A DNA stretch of 64,000 nt from a virus, in the IMG/VR virus record IMGVR_UViG_3300045988_101578, positions 1-64,000 of that record; one strand, given 5' to 3'. Within the stretch, counting starts at the first letter, position 1, and every line of letters starts with the position of its first letter. A model generated the notes under the pieces. The model ran no database searches. It was not told the origin of the DNA and saw only the letters and a list, made by a program, of their open reading frames with translations. The position numbers and the translations under genes are program-made. Below, one piece after another: positions 56,462 to 64,000 of this stretch.

Positions 56462-59400
56462 GTGAGCAGTTCATTACATACACATTCGCATTATTCATTG
56501 TTAGATGGATATGCATTACCTGAAGAAAACTTACAAAGAGCAGAAGAGATAGGACTAAAAGCCCTGGCTATCACAGAACATGGCAATGAGTATAGTTGGT
56601 GCTATTATGATAAGCTTCATGAGAAATATCCAAGTGTTAAATTGATTTTTGGAGTTGAATTTTATGAATGCTTTGATATGACAGAACAGAATAAGGATAG
56701 CAAATATTTCCATTTAATTGCATTGGCAAAGAATGAGAATGGTAGAAAAGCAATTAATCAATTGGTAACTGATTCAAATTTTCATGGATTTTACTACAAA
56801 CCACGAATTGATCTGAACGCATTGAAACCATATGCTAAGGATTTGATTGTAAGTAGTGCTTGTTTAGCATCTAAACTTGCCAGAGAGCCAGATTACCAGA
56901 AATGTGTTGAATATGTTCGTGAATACAAAGAGATTTTTCCACATTTTTATTTAGAAATGCAGTCACATTCACATCAGGATCAAATGGTATATAATCAGAA
57001 AATCTTACAGCTTTCAGTAGACACTAATACACCATACATTATCACAACTGATAGTCACGCTGCTAGAAAAGAAGATTTATATTATCAGAACTGGCATGTA
57101 AAACTTGCTCACGATACTGAAACCGCAGCAGAAATTTACGAAGGATGTTATTTGCAATCTGATGATGAAATTCATGCAATTATGGATAGTCAAATTGGAG
57201 AAGACGCAGTAACTAAAGGACTTGAAGAAACTGATAGGATTGCAGATTTAATTGATGAAATCCACATGCCATTTCAGGCACCTCAGTTACCATCTTTTCC
57301 ATTACCAGAAGGGTTTGAAGATAATTATTCTTATTTAAAGTATCTGATTGATACAGGGTGGGTAAAACGAGGATTCGATAAATTACCAGAAGAAGAACAG
57401 AAACTCAGAAAAGAAAGAATTGATTATGAATTAGATATTATTCATTCAATGGGATTCGATGGGTATTTCTTAATTGTATGGGATTTTATCAATTTTGCAA
57501 GAGAAAATGGTATTCCAATTGGTGCTGGTCGAGGTAGTTGTGCAGGTAGTTTAGTGTGTTACACGATTACAATTACAGACTTAGATCCTATCAAATATGG
57601 ACTAATTTTTGAAAGATTTTTGAATCCAGAGCGAATTTCAATGCCAGATACAGATACAGATGTTGGTACACGAGATGAGATTATCCAATATTTGATCGAT
57701 AAGTATGGCGACAACAGAGTATGCCAGATTATCAATTTCAGTTTTATTACTCCAATTGTAGCGATCAAAGATGTTGGTAAGGTCTTAGGGTTCAATTATC
57801 ACGAGATGGACAAATTAAGTAAAAAATTCGTATATGACACAATTGAAGAATCTTTGTGGAATAACAGAGATTTAACAGAGAACCCAAGATATGAAGAACT
57901 TTTTGATGTTGCATCACATCTTGCAGGCAGAGTAAAAACAGTATCTTCTCATGCAGGTGGTGTAGGAATTGTAGATACAGATATTAGCGATTATATGGCA
58001 ATGAAGCTTGGAACTGACGGAGAGCACGTTATTCAAGTAGATAAACGTATCGTTGAAGAAATTGGAATTATTAAATTTGATATTCTGGGTGTTGCCACAT
58101 TAAACACTGTAAAAGAAGCTGAAATTGACGCAGGGTTAACTGAGTTTGATGTAAATATTAACAATCCAAAGTTTGAAATGGATAAAGGATCATATGAATT
58201 ATTGCGTAGTGCAATGACGAATGGTGTTTTCCAAGTTGAAAGTGCTGGCATGAAGGATTTGTTGGTTAGGTTACAGGTATCAAACATGGAAGAGTTGGCA
58301 GCTGTATTAGCACTGTATAGACCAGATGCAATGGATGTCTTAGAAGAATTTATTGAGTACAAACATCACCCAGAGAAAATTACATATATCCATCCAGATA
58401 TGGAGCCAATCTTAAAGGAAACGTATGGATGTATGATTTATCAGGAGCAATTACTTGATATTGTTCGTAAATTTGGTAGTCGAAGTTATGGAGGAGCCGA
58501 CTTATTCCGTAAAGCGATTGGTAAAAAGAATATTGAACTTGTGAAGTCTGAATCTAAAAAACTTTATTACGAGATTATTGAGAATGGATACCCCGAAGAA
58601 ATTGCAAAACAGATTAGCGAGACGTTATCTCAAAAAGGGGGATACTTATTCAATAAAAGTCATGCGTACTCATACGCTGTATTATGCTTACAAACAGCGT
58701 TTTTAAAGAAACATTATGCGTTGTGTTTTTTTAAGGCATTATTGAATCGCAATAAAGATAAGGCAGGAATGGTAAATAAATATATTCTTGATGCCAAGGC
58801 GTTTAAGATTCAAGTGTTACCACCAAACTTAAATAAATCAATGATGAATTTCAGTATTGACGATGTGTATATATTGTTTGGATTATCGGCTATCAGTGGT
58901 ATTGGAGAAAAAATTGCAAAGGTAATTCTTGAAGACCGTGATAAAAATGGTAAATTCATAGGATTTGAAAACTTTTGCGAACGTATTAATCCAAGTAAAT
59001 CACAGGTTATTCAGTTGATCAAAGCAGGTGCAATTCCAACAAAGAATAAACGTAAAACTTTAATTCAGTATTTGAAATCTATGTATCAGCCAACAACATT
59101 CAAGCCAGTTGCAAAAGCACCGAGTTACAAACAATTACTTATTAAATGGGATATTGACGCTGAAGATTACCGTATAGGTGAGAAGAAATATGATTACGAC
59201 AAAGATGCAATATTGAAAGCTTATAACGATAAAAAGTATGAATTGTACAAAGATAAGGAAAAAGAACGATTTCAGAAATTTATCGCACAGAATCAAAAAT
59301 ATCTTGAGAATGAAGATTTTTGGGAATTTGAAGCATTGCAAATCTTTATCAACGATAACCCATTTGATCAGGCATACAAGTATATGTCAAAACAATTTCA

Positions 59401-59695
59401 AGATGTTGAAAATGGAGATGATTGCACTGTGGTTGCAGTGATCGCTAAAGTTGATAAAAAGAAAGACAAAAATAAAAAGACATTTGCGTATGTGAATTTA
59501 TATTCTAGTTTTGGATTGACTGAGGCAATCGTCTGGCATTCGCAATTAAAAGAATATGAAGATATGATTGCCAAAGGAAATCAGATTGCGATGTTATGCA
59601 GAAAAGATTCAGACGAGAAGGTTATCGCAAAGAAAATTAAACCATATAAACAATGGCTAGAAGATATTAAGAAAGTGAAGGGGGTTGTCGCCTAA
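56462..59695 (+). CDS. dnaE: DNA polymerase III alpha subunit (DnaE-type; PHP domain plus polymerase core)
   Basis: HTHSHYSLLDGY PHP motif; GAGRGSCAGSLVCYTITITDLDPIKYGLIFERFLNPERISMPDTDTD hallmark. Confidence 0.9.
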   Translation: MSSSLHTHSHYSLLDGYALPEENLQRAEEIGLKALAITEHGNEYSWCYYDKLHEKYPSVKLIFGVEFYECFDMTEQNKDSKYFHLIALAKNENGRKAINQLVTDSNFHGFYYKPRIDLNALKPYAKDLIVSSACLASKLAREPDYQKCVEYVREYKEIFPHFYLEMQSHSHQDQMVYNQKILQLSVDTNTPYIITTDSHAARKEDLYYQNWHVKLAHDTETAAEIYEGCYLQSDDEIHAIMDSQIGEDAVTKGLEETDRIADLIDEIHMPFQAPQLPSFPLPEGFEDNYSYLKYLIDTGWVKRGFDKLPEEEQKLRKERIDYELDIIHSMGFDGYFLIVWDFINFARENGIPIGAGRGSCAGSLVCYTITITDLDPIKYGLIFERFLNPERISMPDTDTDVGTRDEIIQYLIDKYGDNRVCQIINFSFITPIVAIKDVGKVLGFNYHEMDKLSKKFVYDTIEESLWNNRDLTENPRYEELFDVASHLAGRVKTVSSHAGGVGIVDTDISDYMAMKLGTDGEHVIQVDKRIVEEIGIIKFDILGVATLNTVKEAEIDAGLTEFDVNINNPKFEMDKGSYELLRSAMTNGVFQVESAGMKDLLVRLQVSNMEELAAVLALYRPDAMDVLEEFIEYKHHPEKITYIHPDMEPILKETYGCMIYQEQLLDIVRKFGSRSYGGADLFRKAIGKKNIELVKSESKKLYYEIIENGYPEEIAKQISETLSQKGGYLFNKSHAYSYAVLCLQTAFLKKHYALCFFKALLNRNKDKAGMVNKYILDAKAFKIQVLPPNLNKSMMNFSIDDVYILFGLSAISGIGEKIAKVILEDRDKNGKFIGFENFCERINPSKSQVIQLIKAGAIPTKNKRKTLIQYLKSMYQPTTFKPVAKAPSYKQLLIKWDIDAEDYRIGEKKYDYDKDAILKAYNDKKYELYKDKEKERFQKFIAQNQKYLENEDFWEFEALQIFINDNPFDQAYKYMSKQFQDVENGDDCTVVAVIAKVDKKKDKNKKTFAYVNLYSSFGLTEAIVWHSQLKEYEDMIAKGNQIAMLCRKDSDEKVIAKKIKPYKQWLEDIKKVKGVVA

Positions 59696-61958
59696 AGTGG
59701 TGGATAGTACAAAAGAATATGAGTTTGAGATTGTCCCATTATATCAGATTTATTATAATGAAGAATCTTTATTTGGGATTTACACATTCTGTACAGCAGA
59801 AGATTTACCAGAATGTAAACCATATAATAATAATGATTTTGATGACTTATCCGATAAAAAAATGAACAAATGTGGCAAATTGGTTGGTAATATGCAGGAG
59901 TTGTATTTAGGAACGAAATATAAGGTTAAAGCCAATATGACATATTCTAAGAAATACAATGAATATCAATATAAACCACTTTCTATAGTTGCTGAAGTTC
60001 CTAAAACTTTTGAAGCACAAAAGGTATTTTTAAAAACACAGACGAACGCAGCGATCGCAGATCAGTTAATTGCGAAATATCCTAATGTTGTTGAAGATGT
60101 AATGAATGGTCAGTTAGAGATGATTGACCATTCAGAAATCAAAGGACTAGGAGATAAAACTTGGAAGAAACTTAGAGATAAAATTATTAAAAATTATGTG
60201 ATTTCTGATATTGTTGTAATGTTACAACCATATGGAGTTACATTACCAACGATTGAAAGATTGTTGAAATCTGAACCTAATCCAAGTGTTTTAAAAAAAC
60301 AGATTGAACAAAATCCATATATACTCACTAGAGTAAAGGGCATGGGGTTTAAACGAGTTGATGATATTGCGCTCAAATTAAAACCAGAATTGCGATGCTC
60401 AAATCAACGGTTAAATGCATTTATTTCTTACGACTTGCATCAAGTTGGTGATAATGATGGACATACATATGTATATATCAAAAATTTAAGAAGCGATATT
60501 AGTAATGCAGCGTCTGAATGCCTACCTATATTTGACGAATGGCTTGATGAAGAATCAGATAAAAAAATACCAAATTATTTATATACATCTGGAGATAAAA
60601 TTGGTCTGAAATCGTATCATAAAATTGAAATGGATATTTACGAATTAATTAAAGATATGGAGAAATATTCATTTGGGGATACGACAGATTACGAACCAAT
60701 AACAGATAATGAGATTAGCCAGACGATTTCTGAGGTTGAAGATGAAGAAGGATTTATGTTTTCAGAAGAGCAAATTACAGGAGTTAACAAAGCGTTAAAT
60801 TGCCAAGTTGTGTTTATTTCTGGAGAAGCTGGAACTGGTAAAACAACAATTCTGAAACCAATTATTAAATGCTACCAAAAAAGAAATAATAGCATTGTTG
60901 CGTGTGCGTTATCTGCAAAAGCAGCCCAGAGAATTAAAGAAGCAACAGGTTTGGACTCACGGACTATTCATAGATTACTTGTGGCAGAAGGTATTGATAG
61001 TTTTTGCTACAATCAAGATAACCCATTACCTGCTGATGTTGTGATCATGGATGAAAGCAGTATGACAAATGCGAGCCTTTTCTATAATTTTTTATTGGCA
61101 ATTCGACCAGGAACACGATTAATTTTTTGTGGTGACTATATGCAGTTGCCACCGATTGGATTTGGTAATATTTTCTCGGATCTGTTAAAAAAGAAAGGCT
61201 TGAATAGCGTTCAGCTTACCAAACCGATGAGGCAAGCAGAAAAATCTGGTATTTTAACGGATGCAAGAAAGATTCGTAGAGGGATCAACCCATTGGACAG
61301 TCCACAATTAAAAATTGTTCATGGTGAACTAAATGATATGTTCTATTTGTTCAGGAAGAATAGAGAATCGTTGTTTAACATGGCAGTAAAGCAGTATATT
61401 AAATCTGTTAAAGAGGAAGGGCTTGATAATGTTGTGATTATTTCCCCACGAAGAAGTAATTGTACCAATAGCACAGATGAATTAAATAAAGCAGTGCAGA
61501 AAGAATTATTTGCTGATAGTAATAAACCATTTGTTGAATTCAAAGATCGTAAATACTATTTAGGAGATAAGGTATTACAGACTTCAAATGACTACGAGCG
61601 AGATGTATTCAATGGCGATATCGGATATATTACAGCGATTGATAAAGAAAAAGAAATATGTTTGGTATCTATGAATGCAAATATTGAAGAGAAGATGATT
61701 GAATATTCTTTTGCTCAGTTGGGACAATTGCAATTAGCATACGCATTAACAACGCATAAGCTGCAAGGATCGGCTGCTCAAACTGTCATTGGTATCATTG
61801 ATAACACACATTACAAATTGCTTGATAACTGTATGTTATATACGATGTTAACACGAGCTAAGAAAAGATTTGCACTCCTTGCAGAGCCAGAAGCCTTTAA
61901 GAGATGTATCGTAACAAATCATAATAAGAGGCGCACTTGGTTAAGCCTAAAAAATTAA
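59685..61958 (+). CDS. RecD-like SF1 DNA helicase
   Basis: Walker A ISGEAGTGKTT; Walker B VVIMDESSM; motif VI-like ALTTHKLQGSAAQTV. Confidence 0.75.
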   Translation: MSPKVVDSTKEYEFEIVPLYQIYYNEESLFGIYTFCTAEDLPECKPYNNNDFDDLSDKKMNKCGKLVGNMQELYLGTKYKVKANMTYSKKYNEYQYKPLSIVAEVPKTFEAQKVFLKTQTNAAIADQLIAKYPNVVEDVMNGQLEMIDHSEIKGLGDKTWKKLRDKIIKNYVISDIVVMLQPYGVTLPTIERLLKSEPNPSVLKKQIEQNPYILTRVKGMGFKRVDDIALKLKPELRCSNQRLNAFISYDLHQVGDNDGHTYVYIKNLRSDISNAASECLPIFDEWLDEESDKKIPNYLYTSGDKIGLKSYHKIEMDIYELIKDMEKYSFGDTTDYEPITDNEISQTISEVEDEEGFMFSEEQITGVNKALNCQVVFISGEAGTGKTTILKPIIKCYQKRNNSIVACALSAKAAQRIKEATGLDSRTIHRLLVAEGIDSFCYNQDNPLPADVVIMDESSMTNASLFYNFLLAIRPGTRLIFCGDYMQLPPIGFGNIFSDLLKKKGLNSVQLTKPMRQAEKSGILTDARKIRRGINPLDSPQLKIVHGELNDMFYLFRKNRESLFNMAVKQYIKSVKEEGLDNVVIISPRRSNCTNSTDELNKAVQKELFADSNKPFVEFKDRKYYLGDKVLQTSNDYERDVFNGDIGYITAIDKEKEICLVSMNANIEEKMIEYSFAQLGQLQLAYALTTHKLQGSAAQTVIGIIDNTHYKLLDNCMLYTMLTRAKKRFALLAEPEAFKRCIVTNHNKRRTWLSLKN

Positions 61959-62001
61959 CTTTCTTTCTTGCACCTATTGACAGGGTGCAAAAAGTATGGT
62001 A
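61950..62001 (+). repeat. 52-bp direct repeat copy B, identical to 19882..19933
   Basis: exact match read in sequence. Confidence 0.9.
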
Positions 62002-62035
62002 AGATACCAATATGTTAAAGAAAGGAGATGTGAAA

Positions 62036-62674
62036 ATGAGAAAAAGATTTTTAACGAAAGTTGTCTCGTTTAGTTTTTTAGCAATGTGCTCGGGCTTTAT
62101 GACTCACACAGTTAAAGCAGAGGAGCGACCCTCGGTAGAGGCTTCAACCTCACCAACAGAGACAACTGTTGTAGAAAATAAACAAGATGATGTGATTTCA
62201 AACAATCCGATCAGTCAAAGCGTTGAATTAAAAGATGTTCATGAGCATTATCAGAAATGTAAGAAAGCTGATGACGAGAAAGCAAGGCAGATTCGATTAG
62301 AAAAACTTCGAAAAAAACGATTGCGAATTAAACGACAACGGCTGAAGCGAAAGCGAGAACTTGAAAAGAGTTCACTTGGAACATTTTTAATCACGGCATA
62401 TTGTCCATGTTATGAGTGTTCTGAAGGATATGGATCTAAGATTTCTTGGAATCATGCAGGACATAAATTTGCTCGACCGTATCATACGATTGCGGTTGAT
62501 CCAAACATTATCCCTTATGGTACAAAAGTTAAGATTGAGGGATATGGAGATACAATCTTTGTGGCAGAAGATTGTGGAGGCAAAGTAAAAGGAATGCATG
62601 TAGATGTGTTCAAATCAACACATTCCGAAACAATCAATGTGCAACAGCACAGAAAAATATATGTAGTGAAGTAA
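62036..62674 (+). CDS. secreted 3D-domain protein (MltA/YuiC-like lytic transglycosylase fold)
   Basis: signal peptide MRKRFLTKVVSFSFLAMCSGFMTHTVKA; TAY...GHKFARPYHTIAVDPNIIPYGTKVKIEGYGDTIFVAEDCGGKVKGMHVDVF 3D motifs; ATG 62036 after RBS aaaggagatg. Confidence 0.65.
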   Translation: MRKRFLTKVVSFSFLAMCSGFMTHTVKAEERPSVEASTSPTETTVVENKQDDVISNNPISQSVELKDVHEHYQKCKKADDEKARQIRLEKLRKKRLRIKRQRLKRKRELEKSSLGTFLITAYCPCYECSEGYGSKISWNHAGHKFARPYHTIAVDPNIIPYGTKVKIEGYGDTIFVAEDCGGKVKGMHVDVFKSTHSETINVQQHRKIYVVK

Positions 62675-62757
62675 TTGGCAGTTACTGAAAGACATAGAAA
62701 CACAAATTAAAATAATTAACTAAACAATATAAACAAGAAAAGGAAAATCCAAAAATT

Positions 62758-64000
62758 ATGAAAACTGAATATGTGAAAGAAATGAATGTCTTGATCGACA
62801 GAATCAATGATGCTTCATATGCGTACTACGCAGAGGATAATCCGATCATTTCAGATAAAGAATTTGACGATTTATGCGCTGCTTTAGAACGACTTGAGAG
62901 AGATTCTGACGTTGTTTTGAATAATTCGCCCATCCACCACGTTCAAGGATTTATAATTGATTCTCTTGCTAAAGTAAAGCATACACGCCCAATGTTATCA
63001 GCTCAGAAGACGAAGGATGTCAATGAGGTCAAAAAATTTCTTGCGGATAAAATTGGTGTTTTATCGTGGAAAGAAGATGGTCTCAGTATTGTTCTCAGAT
63101 ACGAAAATGGACGCTTAAAACAAGCAATTACAAGGGGAAATGGAGAAATCGGTGAGGATGTCACTCACACGATGAAAATGGTACGAAATGTTCCACAGTC
63201 AATCCCTGAAAAGCGTTATCTTGAAATTCGTGGTGAAGCAGTTATTGGATATGATGATTTTGCTAAGATTAATGAAAAATTACATGGCAAATACAAAAAT
63301 GCAAGAAATTTAGCAGCAGGTACTGTTAGACAGTTAGACTCTAATGTGGCAAAAGACAGGAAGTTGGCTTACAAAGTATTTGAATTAGTCAAACTTGGAG
63401 ACACACCTGAATCAGAAATGCCAAGCATTGCAGATAGCTTTAAATATCTTGCAGAACAAGGGTTTGATGTAGTAGAGCATCAGGTCGTTAACCGAGATAA
63501 TGTTGAAGAGTATATGGCAACATTTCAGCCAGAAGAATACAAATATCCTGTTGATGGTTTAATTATTTCCTACAACGATTATCAATATGGTAAATCGTTA
63601 GGAATGACGGGGCATCATCCATTATCGTTGATCGCCTACAAATATAAAGATGACCTCTACGAAACAACAATCAGAGATATTGAATGGAATACATCTCGTA
63701 CAGGGTTGATTAATCCAGTTGCAGTATTCGATCCAGTTGATCTTGATGGCGCAGAAACCACAAGAGCTACATTACATAATGTAAGTTACATTGAAGGGTT
63801 GGAACTTGGTGCAGGTGATACGATTCAGGTTTATCGTAGTAATATGGTGATTCCAAAAGTACACGATAATCTGACAAGAAGCAATACATTCAAGATTCCA
63901 GATACTTGTCCAACCTGCGGTGGCGAAGCAAAAATCATCAATGAAAATGGTAGCAAAGTTTTAAAATGCATGAATCCTGACTGCAAAGCGAAATTGTTAA
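62758..64000 (+). CDS. ligA: NAD-dependent DNA ligase LigA (truncated by the window end)
   Basis: YYAEDNPIISDKEFDDL; RPMLSAQKT; WKEDG (KxDG adenylation site); TRGNGEIGEDVT; CPTCGG zinc finger near the end. Confidence 0.85.
   Translation, partial: MKTEYVKEMNVLIDRINDASYAYYAEDNPIISDKEFDDLCAALERLERDSDVVLNNSPIHHVQGFIIDSLAKVKHTRPMLSAQKTKDVNEVKKFLADKIGVLSWKEDGLSIVLRYENGRLKQAITRGNGEIGEDVTHTMKMVRNVPQSIPEKRYLEIRGEAVIGYDDFAKINEKLHGKYKNARNLAAGTVRQLDSNVAKDRKLAYKVFELVKLGDTPESEMPSIADSFKYLAEQGFDVVEHQVVNRDNVEEYMATFQPEEYKYPVDGLIISYNDYQYGKSLGMTGHHPLSLIAYKYKDDLYETTIRDIEWNTSRTGLINPVAVFDPVDLDGAETTRATLHNVSYIEGLELGAGDTIQVYRSNMVIPKVHDNLTRSNTFKIPDTCPTCGGEAKIINENGSKVLKCMNPDCKAKLL

Noticed and set aside
19882-62001. 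52-bp direct repeats as attL/attR of a 42-kb inserted element
   Set aside because: The interval contains the core replisome genes and essential early genes. The tyrosine recombinase lies outside the interval. Both copies sit at identical positions relative to downstream genes, so a regulatory element is more parsimonious. It is not fully excluded.

Overview
This is a 64-kb, AT-rich (roughly one-third GC by eye) window with about 100 short, tightly packed or overlapping genes, almost all on the + strand. Most have Shine-Dalgarno-like AGGAGG motifs. It reads as the early/accessory and DNA-replication region of a large phage of a low-GC (Firmicutes-type) host; no capsid, tail, terminase or lysis genes fall in the window. 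Genes recognisable from motifs are listed here.
- Early/accessory (0.8-22 kb): ArdA-like antirestriction protein; two Bro-N (antirepressor-type) proteins; phage replisome-organizer/replication initiator; tyrosine recombinase; calcineurin-like metallophosphoesterase; MazF/EndoA-like toxin.
- 27-32 kb: radical-SAM enzyme; flotillin (SPFH) plus PspA-like pair; a minus-strand XRE-type HTH gene with back-to-back consensus promoters, next to a split tRNA-like element.
- 40-46 kb: NrnA-like DHH/DHHA1 phosphoesterase; sigma-70 paralogue 1; PF10127-like nucleotidyltransferase plus HigA-like HTH; nucleoside 2-deoxyribosyltransferase-like protein.
- 48-64 kb: sigma-70 paralogue 2; a replisome block of AAA_24 ATPase, DnaB-like helicase, TOPRIM primase, RecJ-like exonuclease, DnaE Pol III alpha, RecD-like SF1 helicase and NAD-dependent ligase (truncated by the window end); a 3D-domain lytic-transglycosylase-like secreted protein.
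The standout locus is 37074-39500. A 543-aa Cas12f/TnpB-family RuvC plus zinc-finger nuclease with intact catalytic motifs is followed at once by three tandem modules. Each module is a structured tracrRNA-like scaffold followed by a mini CRISPR array. Each has its own 36-nt repeat family and a co-varying anti-repeat in its scaffold. There are 4 spacers in total, and no cas1/cas2/cas4 anywhere in the window. A 52-bp sequence is repeated exactly at 19.9 kb and 62.0 kb, each copy just upstream of a gene.
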